From: Candidatus Poribacteria bacterium
Lineage (GTDB): Bacteria; Poribacteria; WGA-4E; WGA-3G
NCBI GenBank assembly: GCA_965205025.1
Contig: CBDBFU010000014.1
Location: forward strand, 196,041 to 260,040
Direction of reading: 5' to 3'
Length of the DNA stretch: 64,000 bases
Below are positions 37,825-48,443 of this stretch, in pieces. The position numbers and the translations under genes are program-made. The notes under the pieces were generated by a model, which saw nothing but the letters and a program-made list of their open reading frames with translations, searched no databases and was not told where the DNA came from. The stretch's first letter is position 1, and every line of letters begins with the position of its first letter.

Positions 37825-38991
37825 TCATTTTATAGTTGCCACAGCAAAATGTATAAGGTTTTCAAGCATATAGCGATTCTTTGCAGCTTTTTCTTTACTA
37901 TTATTATGTAGGTTCGTTATCAGATACATACCTTTCCCATGTCGCAATTTAGCAACAACAATTTCCTTTCCATTGTTTGTTGTTGCAAGTATCTCAAATC
38001 TATCATTCCAACCGCTCCATGAATCATCAAGGGCAAGTTGTCCAGAACGAATACGGTGTGGTGTCTTAAATAATGAACCTGCTAAAGATGTGGACTTGAA
38101 ATCATTTCTGTGATTACTTTCAACCCCATTCAATTTATGTGGTAACCAACCAGTTTTACAAGGATTATCATCATCGCTGTCTTGTCCCGAAACAATGACA
38201 ATACCACCATTTTTTACAAATTCTTTTATTTTTTTCTCTTGATTGTCATTAAGCCTGTACCTCCCATCACGTCCAATAGATCTACATCCAATCCATAATA
38301 TTTCAGCATTACTGAGTCCAGGCAAATTACGATCAGTTGTTTGATGATAAGAAATCCATTGCTTATCTACTTTATTTATCTCCGAGATAATTGGAATTTC
38401 TGCCTGATATCTTTCATCATGAAAAAGATGTAACTGTATAGCATTTTTACCAAGCATCGCATTGAGTTCTTTTTGGAATTCTTGGGTTGAATCTCTTCGT
38501 GTGACTTGGTCTTTATTAAAGTATTTCTCAAAGTGTGTGAATCCCCACCAACCCCATTTTCCATTCTGTCTTGTGACTTGGGTTTGAAACCATTTTCCTC
38601 TTGTGTGTGCAAGACTATCAATTCTTCTATCATTTTTTAAATAAAAGATAATAATTGGTTCATCCACTTTTAGAAATTTGCTAATTTGGTCTCTGTGATC
38701 TTCCTCACCTTTATATACGTCAAACCTGATTTTGATCTCTTTGAAGTCACTTTTTCCTTTTAAATACTTCTCTACATTTACTGTGGCATTTTTTCGCTTA
38801 GTATTAACTTCTTTGACTGTGCCAAAAAGGACATTACTGCTTTCACCAATGATTTGGGGTACAGTATAACGCTTTGTAATATAAGCATTAGCGTTATTCT
38901 GTGAAAAGAGTAATGTAATTAGACATACTGCTATTAAATATAATAGAAATCTGTAATATGATAGTTTAGTATACTTACTTAATATATGCAC
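37825..38991 (-). CDS. hypothetical membrane-anchored protein; the C-terminal half is possibly a class-I glutamine-amidotransferase-like fold
   Basis: N-terminal TM 'FLLYLIAVCLITLLF'; 'KEFVKNGGIVIVSGQ' and 'GKGMYLITNL' vaguely ThuA/DJ-1-like; no confident family. Confidence 0.3.
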   Translation of the reverse strand: MHILSKYTKLSYYRFLLYLIAVCLITLLFSQNNANAYITKRYTVPQIIGESSNVLFGTVKEVNTKRKNATVNVEKYLKGKSDFKEIKIRFDVYKGEEDHRDQISKFLKVDEPIIIFYLKNDRRIDSLAHTRGKWFQTQVTRQNGKWGWWGFTHFEKYFNKDQVTRRDSTQEFQKELNAMLGKNAIQLHLFHDERYQAEIPIISEINKVDKQWISYHQTTDRNLPGLSNAEILWIGCRSIGRDGRYRLNDNQEKKIKEFVKNGGIVIVSGQDSDDDNPCKTGWLPHKLNGVESNHRNDFKSTSLAGSLFKTPHRIRSGQLALDDSWSGWNDRFEILATTNNGKEIVVAKLRHGKGMYLITNLHNNSKEKAAKNRYMLENLIHFAVATIK

Positions 38992-39075
38992 GGCATGTCT
39001 CCTGTAATATCTATATAGTGTGGAATAAAGTTATAGGTTATTAGAAGGTATGTTGGTAATAAATGGTAAATTAAT

Positions 39076-39396
39076 TTAGTCTAACTTCACAGCAGTACCA
39101 GTAGCTGTCACCATTAACATGCCATTACTACTTCCAAGTACCTGATAATCTATATCAATTCCTACTATTGCATCTGCATTCTGTTGTGATGCGATCTGTT
39201 CCATTTCCCGAATTGCAGTTTCACGTGCCTCGGTTAACTTACTCTCATAAGCTTCTGATCTCCCACCGATCATATCAGTTATACCCGCAAGAAAATCACG
39301 GACGATATTCGCACCCATAATTGTCTCACCAGTTACCAATCCCATGTATTCCACGATTTGTCTGCCTTCAATCGAATTTGTTGTCGTCGTAATCAT
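39076..39396 (-). CDS. YbjQ/UPF0145-family protein
   Basis: '[27 protein letters not shown]' is characteristic of YbjQ. Start taken at the internal ATG 39396, whose A is shared with the stop of the upstream gene (TAATG overlap). Confidence 0.7.
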   Translation of the reverse strand: MITTTTNSIEGRQIVEYMGLVTGETIMGANIVRDFLAGITDMIGGRSEAYESKLTEARETAIREMEQIASQQNADAIVGIDIDYQVLGSSNGMLMVTATGTAVKLD

Positions 39397-40505
39397 TATT
39401 GTGCCTTCCCTCTTGCAGCGATATCCCAACAACATACTACAATGTTGTCTCGAATTCCATAAGACTTGTCATGTAAATTTACGGTAGTGCAACAATGTGT
39501 AGGTAATATTTCAAACTTATCTCCAGGTTTTAAGTTAATATCACCATTGGATACTTCAATTTTTCCATGTTCCTCGGAAAGTCCTACCAATTCAAGATTG
39601 GAAAAACCAATTGGTTGTGGATTGCCAAACTCAGTTGTCAGTACTTTCATTCCTGAATCTACAATAATACGATTCTGTTGGGGTCGACTTACAACTGTGG
39701 TAAGTACGGATAAAGCGTAATCGAATTTCTCACCTATTCCTTCTACTCCACTGTATGTTGAATCCATAAATACATACGAGCCTGCCTGTATTTCAGTCAT
39801 TTCAGGGATACGACTTGTTATATCAAATGTACCGGTTCCACCACCGCTCATTATATTTACAGGGATACCATTATTTTCAAGAAGATTCTTGGATTCAACC
39901 AAGTGTTGCATATCATTTTTTACTGCTTTTTCTCTATCAGCGCGCTCTGTTCTCGCTACTATATGACCTTCATACCCCATCAATCCTTCAAATTCTAAGT
40001 TTGGACTCTTACAAATCTGCTGTGCTAATTCAAGGGTAGGTTGTCCTGGTTCAACTCCACAACGGTTCATACCAATGTTAACTTCAATTAGAATCCTGAC
40101 TTTTACTCCTTTTGACTTTGCAGCATCAGAGATATTCTGCACATTATCGGAGTTATCAACTGCAACCATGATTTCTGATCGAGCTGCAAGGTTGATAAGT
40201 CTTTCTATTTTTTGGACACCAACTATCTGATTGGCAATCAGAACATCATGAATTCCTGTATCAACAACTGCTTCTGCTTCACCTAATTTTGCACATGTAA
40301 TTCCAATTGCACCAGCATCCAACTGTTTCTGAGCAATAATTGGGGTTTTATGTGTTTTTAGATGTGGTCTGAGATCTGTAGAAATACCAGAAAAATAATC
40401 CGCCATATTCTGGATATTACTTTCCAATATATCCAGATTAATTAATAGTGCTGGGGTATCTAATTCAGTCTTGTGTTTTCCAAGAAATGATTGAGTATCT
40501 GACAT
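39396..40505 (-). CDS. alanine-racemase-fold PLP enzyme (D-serine dehydratase DSD1 / D-threonine aldolase-like family)
   Basis: 'RPHLKTHK' PLP-lysine motif near the N-terminus; 369 aa; C-terminal beta-domain. Confidence 0.55.
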   Translation of the reverse strand: MSDTQSFLGKHKTELDTPALLINLDILESNIQNMADYFSGISTDLRPHLKTHKTPIIAQKQLDAGAIGITCAKLGEAEAVVDTGIHDVLIANQIVGVQKIERLINLAARSEIMVAVDNSDNVQNISDAAKSKGVKVRILIEVNIGMNRCGVEPGQPTLELAQQICKSPNLEFEGLMGYEGHIVARTERADREKAVKNDMQHLVESKNLLENNGIPVNIMSGGGTGTFDITSRIPEMTEIQAGSYVFMDSTYSGVEGIGEKFDYALSVLTTVVSRPQQNRIIVDSGMKVLTTEFGNPQPIGFSNLELVGLSEEHGKIEVSNGDINLKPGDKFEILPTHCCTTVNLHDKSYGIRDNIVVCCWDIAARGKAQ

Positions 40506-40515
40506 CTTCGTTCAG

Positions 40516-41469
40516 TTAAAGTTGTTTTACAGGATTTGATAATGTTCCGAAACCATCAATTTCTATTTTTACAATATCTCCGGCAGCCAAGGGAAGGTCG
40601 TTAGGTACGATTATACCTGTACCAGTTGTAACCACTGTTCCAAAGGGTATAGGGTTATCCCGCATCAGGAACTCAGAAAGTTGTTCAAATTTCCAATTAA
40701 TTTGTGAAGTATTAACTTCTCCTACGTATAATTCTTTTTCATCTCGAAGAATAGTACATTTCATCTGAAGGTTGTATGGATCATCCACTTCAGAAGTGGT
40801 TACAAACATTGGACCCAGCGCACAACAGCCAGCATATACTTTCGATTGCGGTAGGTATAACGGGTTGTCGCGTTCAATATCCCAGGCAGAGACATCATTG
40901 CAGAGAGTATAACCTAATATCTCACCATCCATACCAAGTATATATGCAAGTTCTGGTTCTGCTGCTGTAAGATTTGAATCACTACGTATACCTATATATC
41001 CGTTAGGTCCAACGCATCGAGGCGGTGTCGCTTTGAAAAATATCTCAGGTCTATCTGCATGATATACACGACTGTATATATCTTGTTCACTATCATCATC
41101 CCGCATATCAGCACTACGTTTATATGTAACACCACATCCCCAAACCTCAGGTGAATCTATGGGCGACAATAGATAGGGTAAATCATCTGCTGGTGAAATA
41201 TTTAACTTATCTAAGGTTAAACCCCCATCTTCTGATGATTCGGCTTCAGGTATCGGGTTTGTGGGAAATCTGATTGGTTTAGGTGTTGAAGTCTGTTCCT
41301 GTATATCTGCAAGCAATACACCTAAACTAACTCGTTCTTTATTAGCAAGTTCAAGAATTTCTAACACACCAGGTGATTCATCGCTTGTAACATCTATTAC
41401 TTCATTCTCACGGGTAACAATTCCTACACGTTTTCCTATACTTGGCAGATGAAATTGGATTAGTTTCAT
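40516..41469 (-). CDS. fumarylacetoacetate hydrolase (FAH)-family protein
   Basis: C-terminal 'TGTGIIVPNDLPLAAGDIVKIEIDGFGTLSN' is typical of the FAH fold. Confidence 0.65.
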   Translation of the reverse strand: MKLIQFHLPSIGKRVGIVTRENEVIDVTSDESPGVLEILELANKERVSLGVLLADIQEQTSTPKPIRFPTNPIPEAESSEDGGLTLDKLNISPADDLPYLLSPIDSPEVWGCGVTYKRSADMRDDDSEQDIYSRVYHADRPEIFFKATPPRCVGPNGYIGIRSDSNLTAAEPELAYILGMDGEILGYTLCNDVSAWDIERDNPLYLPQSKVYAGCCALGPMFVTTSEVDDPYNLQMKCTILRDEKELYVGEVNTSQINWKFEQLSEFLMRDNPIPFGTVVTTGTGIIVPNDLPLAAGDIVKIEIDGFGTLSNPVKQL

Positions 41470-41579
41470 GATACTCCGAACAAACAGTTATAAACATAAA
41501 GGTAATTAAAATACCATTTAACAAACTTTATATGTAACAAACTTTATATGCCGTATATTTAGACCTGTTTTTATATAAC

Positions 41580-42194
41580 CTATGATGAAGGAACCAGTAA
41601 TGATTTCTCAAGATATAATACGACTTCTTGGGCGGATTCAAGGATATCCAGTTGTGACGTGTCAATGACAACTTCTGCGTTATTAGGAGCTTCGTAGGGG
41701 GCACTGATACCAGTAAATTCCTTAATCTCACCTGAACGGGCTTTCTTATATAGTCCTTTTGGATCACGTTGTTCGCACACATCAAGAGGACAATCCACAT
41801 ATACTTCAACAAATCTATTTTCTGTTAGAAGGTCTCTTGCTTGATCTCGATCTGCGCGGTAAGGAGAAATAAATGCAGTCATGACAATTGTGCCAGCATC
41901 TACAAATAATTTTGCAACTTCTCCTACTCGTCGTATGTTTTCTTCTCTATCTTCTGGAGAAAAACCCAAATTCTTGTTTAATCCATGTCGAACATTATCA
42001 CCATCTAATACATAGGTATGGTGATTGCGTTCGTGTAATAGATGTGCTACTGTGTTTGCTAACGTTGATTTTCCTGATCCTGATAGTCCTGTAAACCAAA
42101 TTACACAACCCTTTTGGTTGAGTAGTTCCTCTCTATCTTCCATAGAGACAGTCATTTCATGCCATGTAATATTAGTTGCTCTCTGTTCTGCCAA
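41580..42194 (-). CDS. cysC: adenylyl-sulfate kinase
   Basis: '[17 protein letters not shown]...[18 protein letters not shown]' P-loop plus the APS-kinase N-terminus; 204 aa. Confidence 0.9.
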   Translation of the reverse strand: MAEQRATNITWHEMTVSMEDREELLNQKGCVIWFTGLSGSGKSTLANTVAHLLHERNHHTYVLDGDNVRHGLNKNLGFSPEDREENIRRVGEVAKLFVDAGTIVMTAFISPYRADRDQARDLLTENRFVEVYVDCPLDVCEQRDPKGLYKKARSGEIKEFTGISAPYEAPNNAEVVIDTSQLDILESAQEVVLYLEKSLLVPSS

Positions 42195-42730
42195 TCGATT
42201 TTCCCTCGTAAAATATTAAATTATTGCATGCAATATACATTATATAGTTGTCCTTATAATCACATCCTGTATAAATACATTTGATGTATAAGTATACCAG
42301 ATAGAATAGCGAAGTGCAAACTATATTTGAGAGTATTCAATATTTAACGAACTTAGTTACAACGCAGTGTACTATTAACATTTAGTGTTTTACATTTCAC
42401 ATACCCGTCCCGTTTGGGTTCAATTCTAAGACTTTCTGATACCTGAAAACTTCAAAGGTATGAGGGAACTCCTATTCCCAACTACAAACAGGCCACAATT
42501 CGGAGATCGCTCTTACATATATGAACATTTATGAAATGCAACAAAACTGCTGTCTAACTGATACAAAACGATACTAAGTAAATAATATTACTTGAATTTC
42601 GAATTATTGGTTTAGTTGTAATTAAATATGGTTATTTTGGCTTCTATTTTAATTTGGTTTTATAGATATATCATGTTATTATTTATTAACTATATAAGCA
42701 AGATATTATTATGTCATTTTGGAGGTATTT

Positions 42731-43195
42731 ATGGCAGAAAAAGGAAGCGCAGCTCCAGATTTTACTTTATCAGGATCAAATAATCAAGATGATACGGAAG
42801 TTTCATTAGGTGATTATAAAGGGAAGAAATTAGTAGTTTTATTTTATCCCCTTGATTTCTCACCAGTGTGTTCGGAACAGGTCCCCGATTTCAATGAGAA
42901 TTTAGAAGCAATTAGAGCAAAAGGTGCTGACGTAGTTGCTATAAGTCGAGATTCAACCTTTGCACACAAAGCATGGAGTGAAACCCTTGGTGGTGTAGAT
43001 TTTCCACTCCTTTCAGATATGAATCTTGAAGTATCAAAGAAATTTGGAATGGCACTTGAAGAAGTAGGTATTACAACTCGAGGTGTATTTATAATTGATC
43101 AATCTGGAAATATAGCATTTAAACACGTTGAAGATGCACCACCAGATAATACATTGACTGCTAAACAGGTTGTTGAAGAACTTGATAATTTGTAG
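42731..43195 (+). CDS. peroxiredoxin (AhpC/TSA / Bcp-type)
   Basis: 'FYPLDFSPVCSEQ' peroxidatic-Cys motif; ATG 42731 preceded by GGAGG. Confidence 0.85.
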   Translation: MAEKGSAAPDFTLSGSNNQDDTEVSLGDYKGKKLVVLFYPLDFSPVCSEQVPDFNENLEAIRAKGADVVAISRDSTFAHKAWSETLGGVDFPLLSDMNLEVSKKFGMALEEVGITTRGVFIIDQSGNIAFKHVEDAPPDNTLTAKQVVEELDNL

Positions 43196-43398
43196 GTCTT
43201 GCTACATCATGATAGGAAGGGATGGGTAATCTTAATTATCCGTCCTTTCTATATAGTCCACATACGACTTTATCAGAGAGTAGTATAATTCTAAAACTTC
43301 AGTCACATCCTGTCTTTAAACACCTATTTTATTATCTTTTCTATACTATCTATTTCTTGACAATCCACCCATGATATGGTATAATTCCTATGATGGGT

Positions 43399-43470
43399 GC
43401 GGGTGTAGCTCAGCGGTAGAGCATCAGCTTCCCAAGCTGAGGGTCGCGGGTTCAATTCCCGTCACCCGCT
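43399..43470 (+). tRNA. tRNA-Gly (anticodon CCC)
   Basis: Manual fold: acceptor GCGGGTG/CACCCGC, D-stem GCTC/GAGC, anticodon stem TCAGC/GCTGA with loop TTCCCAA, T-arm GCGGG-TTCAATT-CCCGT; CCA not encoded. Confidence 0.8.
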
Positions 43471-43498
43471 TGTAAGTCATAAAATCATTGAGGATATC

Positions 43499-44647
43499 AT
43501 GTCACAAAAAAGACGTATAATGAATGAAGAAATAAAACAAGAGGATAAGTTTATTGATCTTGTTTTTGCATGTTATTCATTCATAAAAGACAATGCTAAG
43601 ATAATTACGATTGTTACTGCAGTGGTAATTGTTGGAGTTGTTGGGTATATTGTCTATAATCAGAATCAGGAAAACACTTACGCTAAGGCATCCGCCCATT
43701 ATTCTGAAGCAATCACTACATATAAAGATGCAGAGAAAGATTTCTTAGACACATCTGCACCCACTGATGAAACTGAAAATAAGGAAGAAACTGAAAAACC
43801 TACATTTCCTGAAGCCGAAGAAAAACTTAAGGCGTTTTTCCAGAAATATCCTAATACTATATTTGCAGATAAAGCACGTTACCAATATGCCAAAAGTCTA
43901 TATTATCAAGAAAAATATCCTGAGGCACGGAATGAATTTCAGGTAGTAGTGGACAATCATAAAGCAGAAAATGAACTTATTGCATTGTATGCACAAAAGG
44001 CTATTGGCAACTGTTACGAACAAGAGAAAAACTACACTAAAGCAATTTCCGCCTATGAAGCAAATTCATTTCCGACAACCTCGAATCTCTCTACACAAAT
44101 TAGACAGTATGTCATAACTGGTGCAAAATTCAATCAAGCTCTCTGTTATGAAAAGCTCAATGAAATTGAAGATGCTAAAGTCGCATATCAAGATGTTATT
44201 GACGAATTTGAAAAAACAATACAGTCTGGTTTAGATCAGAAAAGTCATGATTTACTCAATCATGCAAAAGATGTAATCAGTGTTATTGAAGATTCAATAG
44301 ATCTAACACAAGCCACAAAATTAGAGACTGATGAGCTTTTCTTTGATGCACTTATAGCCTATACAGATGTAATACGGGATTACAAGGTATCAAAGGATAT
44401 TAGCCATGGGTTGCCAAAAGATATTCGTAAACGCATCAAAATTTACGAAGATTTAGCAACATCCTTTATTAAAAATGTACAATTAGCAAAGGAAGCAGAA
44501 AAAAATGAAAACCATAGTTCTGCATTGAATAGTTACAATCGAATTACAAACCTAACAGATTTAGGATTAAATAGAAATGTTTATGAACGCGCTCATCTGA
44601 ATTATGACCGTCTAAATCTTTCAGCACAAGTGGTGTCAAATGAATAA
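43499..44647 (+). CDS. membrane-anchored TPR-like protein (YbgF/CpoB-like architecture)
   Basis: TM 'IITIVTAVVIVGVVGYIVY' near the N-terminus, then TPR-like 'YQYAKSLYYQEKY', 'GNCYEQEKNYTKA', 'ALCYEKLNEIEDA'. Confidence 0.5.
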   Translation: MSQKRRIMNEEIKQEDKFIDLVFACYSFIKDNAKIITIVTAVVIVGVVGYIVYNQNQENTYAKASAHYSEAITTYKDAEKDFLDTSAPTDETENKEETEKPTFPEAEEKLKAFFQKYPNTIFADKARYQYAKSLYYQEKYPEARNEFQVVVDNHKAENELIALYAQKAIGNCYEQEKNYTKAISAYEANSFPTTSNLSTQIRQYVITGAKFNQALCYEKLNEIEDAKVAYQDVIDEFEKTIQSGLDQKSHDLLNHAKDVISVIEDSIDLTQATKLETDELFFDALIAYTDVIRDYKVSKDISHGLPKDIRKRIKIYEDLATSFIKNVQLAKEAEKNENHSSALNSYNRITNLTDLGLNRNVYERAHLNYDRLNLSAQVVSNE

Positions 44648-45647
44648 TTCAAGCTATAATATAATACAAACAAAAGTAAGAAATGCAATTTCATTAACTA
44701 TATTTTGTGTATTGCTGATTTTTCCACTGAATGTTTACGCTCAACCACAAGGTAGAATTGCGTATGCCGTATCTGGATTCAATGACAAAGTAGGTAGATT
44801 AGATTTTAATCTCCATATGACAACTTTCACACCAGATGGGGATTATAAGACCCTACCCTTAAACCAAACAGGAATGTATCCTGCTTGGGGACCAAAAGGG
44901 GATACTCTCTACTTCATTCAGCGCGCTGCCACCCAATCAGATGTATATTCAATAGATATCAATAACCCAAGGAATAAAACGAAACACACCCCTATTAGTG
45001 GGACATACAGATTCCTTGCAGTATCACCAAATGGTAAGAAGTTGGCATTTAACGGCTGGACAAATGAACAAAAACAACAAGACAACCAGATTTGGGTACT
45101 TGATATTGCTTCCGGTGAAATGGAAGTGATGACACAAATTCCTCATTTTGGTAGATCCTTCTTTTTTTGGGGCATTACTTGGTCACCAAATAGTAAACAA
45201 CTTGCCTTCTCTCTGGAAAGATCAGGTGGTTTAGATCAATTATACATATTAGATACTGAAACAAAAGAGATTGATATATTAACAGAACTAAATATTGATT
45301 TATATCCGGTATGGGCACCAGATGGGAAGAGTATTTTGTTCCGCAGATGGAATAGGGAATTTGATACCTTAACTACTATTGATGTTGAGACACGAGCCAT
45401 CAAACCTTTATTTGATGTTGATAAATTTACAGGTATGTGGACAGATTGGTCGTTTGACGGACAACAAATTATCTATTCTCGTTGGGGTGTTTTTTATCTT
45501 CATAATCTTGAAGATGGAAAGACTGAGCAATTGTTTGAAATTGAAGGTAGTATATTTGTGATTTCATGGTGGAAACATGAGGTATTACCTGTGGCACCAC
45601 GAGAAAAATTAGCTACCACATGGGGAACTGTAAAACAAAGGAATTGA
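44640..45647 (+). CDS. secreted TolB-like (PD40/WD40-like) beta-propeller protein (C-terminal motif KLATTWGTVKQRN)
   Basis: Signal 'ISLTIFCVLLIFPLNVYA'; repeated 'SP(N/D)GK.LAF' PD40-like units; 8-nt overlap with the upstream TPR gene. Confidence 0.55.
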   Translation: MNNSSYNIIQTKVRNAISLTIFCVLLIFPLNVYAQPQGRIAYAVSGFNDKVGRLDFNLHMTTFTPDGDYKTLPLNQTGMYPAWGPKGDTLYFIQRAATQSDVYSIDINNPRNKTKHTPISGTYRFLAVSPNGKKLAFNGWTNEQKQQDNQIWVLDIASGEMEVMTQIPHFGRSFFFWGITWSPNSKQLAFSLERSGGLDQLYILDTETKEIDILTELNIDLYPVWAPDGKSILFRRWNREFDTLTTIDVETRAIKPLFDVDKFTGMWTDWSFDGQQIIYSRWGVFYLHNLEDGKTEQLFEIEGSIFVISWWKHEVLPVAPREKLATTWGTVKQRN

Positions 45648-45974
45648 CTGTTTCTCTATTTACTGATAAAACAAACCCAGAATTAGTTCGGAAGTATAGT
45701 GGCACAAATCTGAATGTTCTGTGAACAAAAATTAACACTTTAAAATACTCCGTATAAAATAACAAATTAAATCAAATTCTTATCTGATTAAAGCTTGTAT
45801 TTCCCTCATGGTGAATATGAATCTACATTGAAGAGATAAGGTGTCCGCCTTTAAAAGTGTAGGTAATGGTTGGGTTAAGTTAATTAGGATAGAATTGTTT
45901 TGGAATTTCATTTACTTAGGAGTTTCCATAAATACATCGCCTTAATAGTATTTAGACAATGAAAGGTTACACCG

Positions 45975-48425
45975 ATGATTCCTATCGTAGAACAAGCCTT
46001 AGAATACGATAAAGTCAAAGTACTCCTAAAAAAATATACTGTCTCAGAGCTGGGAAATACGCGGATAGATAATCTTACCCCCTCTAAATCTCTGGACTTG
46101 ATTCGTTATGAATTGACATTATGTTCTGAGGTAAAGAAATTTCAAGAACGCTGCGGAGACCTTCCATTAGCTGGACTAACAGATATAGCTAAAACGCTTA
46201 CCCATGCATCTAAAACAGGTACCATTTTAGATCCAGAAGAATTCCTAAACATAACAAGAGTTGCTCAACTCCCCTCTCAAATAAAGCAAAAAACCTATAA
46301 TCAAAACACAGAAGAATTCCCATACTTATTTGAAATTGTTAGATCACTTCCAAAGTTTGATGAGCTTGTTGACTCTATCAACAATTGTATTAGTTCTGAA
46401 GGTATTTTACTTGACCGTGCAAGTAAAGAACTACGTTCTATCCGGCAAAGACTCAGAAAGATACGTAGTAACATTCATGATAAGTTAGAGACAATTCTTC
46501 GCTCACCAGATCATCAAAAATCCATTCAAGAATCTGTCATAACATCACGAAATAATCGTTTTGTTATTCCAATTAAGCAAGATGCAAGGGCATTTTTCAA
46601 TGGAGTTGTCCAGGGACAATCCACCAGTGGTGCAACGTACTTTATTGAACCATTATCCGTTGTTGAAATGAATAACTCCTTACATGATGCAACTGAAACT
46701 GAACAACGTGAAATTCGACGGATATTACTTGAATTAACTGACCAATTACGAGAACAATTACCAGAACTTGAGCAAGCACTTAATATACTTGGAGATCTTG
46801 ATTTCTTATCAGCAAAAGCACGTTTTAGTCAAGAACTCAATGCCATTGAACCAAAAATAAATAAAAACGGGAATGTCAATCTAAGAAAAGCACGGCATCC
46901 GCTATTGGAATTTCAAACACGTCAAAATCGAGAAACGATACAGAAGAAAACTGATGATTCAATTATATCTGATGAAAAAGATAGATCAAGATTACCAAAA
47001 CGGGTGATTCCAACTAATATTCATATTGGACGAGATTTTAATACACTCGTTATTACAGGACCAAATACCGGTGGAAAAACTGTAGTCTTAAAAACCGTGG
47101 GTTTACTATGTATGATGGTACAGTCTGGTCTCCACATTCCTGCAGCAGCAAATAGTGAGTTGCCAATTTTTGATCATATCTTTGCCGATATTGGTGATGA
47201 CCAAGGGATTGAACATAATCTAAGCACTTTCTCCTCACATATATCCAAAATAGCAAAAATGTTGAAAGAAATTGAAGAATCGGAGTCAACCCATTCCTTA
47301 GTACTGTTAGATGAAATCGGCGCAGGAACAGACCCTACAGAAGGTACAGCCATCGGCATGGCTATCCTCTCATGGCTATCTGAAAGAGATGTTAGAACCA
47401 TTGTTACTACCCATTATGGTGCTCTCAAGGCATTTACACATACACATCATAAAATGGAAAACGCATCTATGGAGTTTGATTCAACTACACTCAGTCCTAC
47501 ATATCGTTTGAGAATTGGGGTGCCTGGGAGTAGCAACGCAATTAAGATTGCTGAACAACTCGGTCTACCTAACAGTATTCTTACAACCGCTGAAACCTTT
47601 TTTGGCAATCATAATATTGCTGTCGAAGATCTATTAATGGAATTACAGGAGACACAACAGGATTTAGAAACAAAACGTAAGGAACTGCAAGAAAAGATCC
47701 ATCTCTCAGAATCAGAACATCAGAAATATAAAGAACTAATTGAATCACTTAATTCGGAACATAAGACACTCCAAGAAAAGGCTGAAAAGGAAGCGTTCGA
47801 AATCATCTCATCCGCTCGAAAAACTGTTGATAATGTCGTATCTGACATTCGACGTGAACAAGCCTCCAAAGAAAGCATTCGGGAGGCATTTAACAAAATT
47901 GAAAACGCGAAAAAACAGCTTAAACCTGCCCCTCCTGTAATACCTCAGACAAAGAAAATACCCATTCTACAAATTGGAGACAAAGTACGAATAATTAAAC
48001 TAAACCGATTCGGTGAGGTAACTGCTATTGCTAAACAAGGACAAACCCCTATACGTATCAGTGTCGGTAAAATGCAGATGAATCTTTCATATAACGATAT
48101 AGACAATGTAGTATCTAAGAAAGAAGCACGACATCTTACCCCATCTGTTCTTGAGTTACAACATAGCAAAGCTAATCAAGTAAAAGAAGAACTTTGTATT
48201 CATGGTATGCTTGTTAAAGAAGGATTAGATATTACTGATAAATATTTGGATGATGCTTACCTTGCCGGATTATTAAAGGTCAGAATTCTTCATGGAAAAG
48301 GTACAGGGGCATTAAGAAATGCAGTACATCAAGTGTTAAACGAAAACCCTCATGTAGGTAATTATGAATATGCCCCGCCAAGTGAAGGTGGCGAAGGTGT
48401 TACAGTCGTAAAATTCAAAGAATGA
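45975..48425 (+). CDS. mutS2: endonuclease MutS2 (MutS domain V ATPase plus C-terminal Smr domain)
   Basis: Walker A 'VITGPNTGGKTVVLKTVGL', 'LVLLDEIGAGTDP', and a C-terminal Smr 'LHGKGTGALR'; 816 aa. Confidence 0.9.
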   Translation: MIPIVEQALEYDKVKVLLKKYTVSELGNTRIDNLTPSKSLDLIRYELTLCSEVKKFQERCGDLPLAGLTDIAKTLTHASKTGTILDPEEFLNITRVAQLPSQIKQKTYNQNTEEFPYLFEIVRSLPKFDELVDSINNCISSEGILLDRASKELRSIRQRLRKIRSNIHDKLETILRSPDHQKSIQESVITSRNNRFVIPIKQDARAFFNGVVQGQSTSGATYFIEPLSVVEMNNSLHDATETEQREIRRILLELTDQLREQLPELEQALNILGDLDFLSAKARFSQELNAIEPKINKNGNVNLRKARHPLLEFQTRQNRETIQKKTDDSIISDEKDRSRLPKRVIPTNIHIGRDFNTLVITGPNTGGKTVVLKTVGLLCMMVQSGLHIPAAANSELPIFDHIFADIGDDQGIEHNLSTFSSHISKIAKMLKEIEESESTHSLVLLDEIGAGTDPTEGTAIGMAILSWLSERDVRTIVTTHYGALKAFTHTHHKMENASMEFDSTTLSPTYRLRIGVPGSSNAIKIAEQLGLPNSILTTAETFFGNHNIAVEDLLMELQETQQDLETKRKELQEKIHLSESEHQKYKELIESLNSEHKTLQEKAEKEAFEIISSARKTVDNVVSDIRREQASKESIREAFNKIENAKKQLKPAPPVIPQTKKIPILQIGDKVRIIKLNRFGEVTAIAKQGQTPIRISVGKMQMNLSYNDIDNVVSKKEARHLTPSVLELQHSKANQVKEELCIHGMLVKEGLDITDKYLDDAYLAGLLKVRILHGKGTGALRNAVHQVLNENPHVGNYEYAPPSEGGEGVTVVKFKE

Positions 48426-48443
48426 GAACTCATAGAAGAAAAA

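Noticed and set aside
42195-42730. Structured ncRNA (tmRNA, RNase P, SRP, riboswitch) in the 0.5-kb cysC/peroxiredoxin divergent region, and in the 45.65-45.97 kb and 57.16-57.41 kb leaders
   Set aside because: Hallmark sequences were scanned by eye: tmRNA 5' GGGGCUGAUUCUGGAUUCGACG and 3' UUCGAUUCCCCC-CCACCA, RNase P GNRA/P4 motifs, SRP GGUGCUGUUUACC, and the glutamine riboswitch. None were found. The regions contain only short local hairpins.
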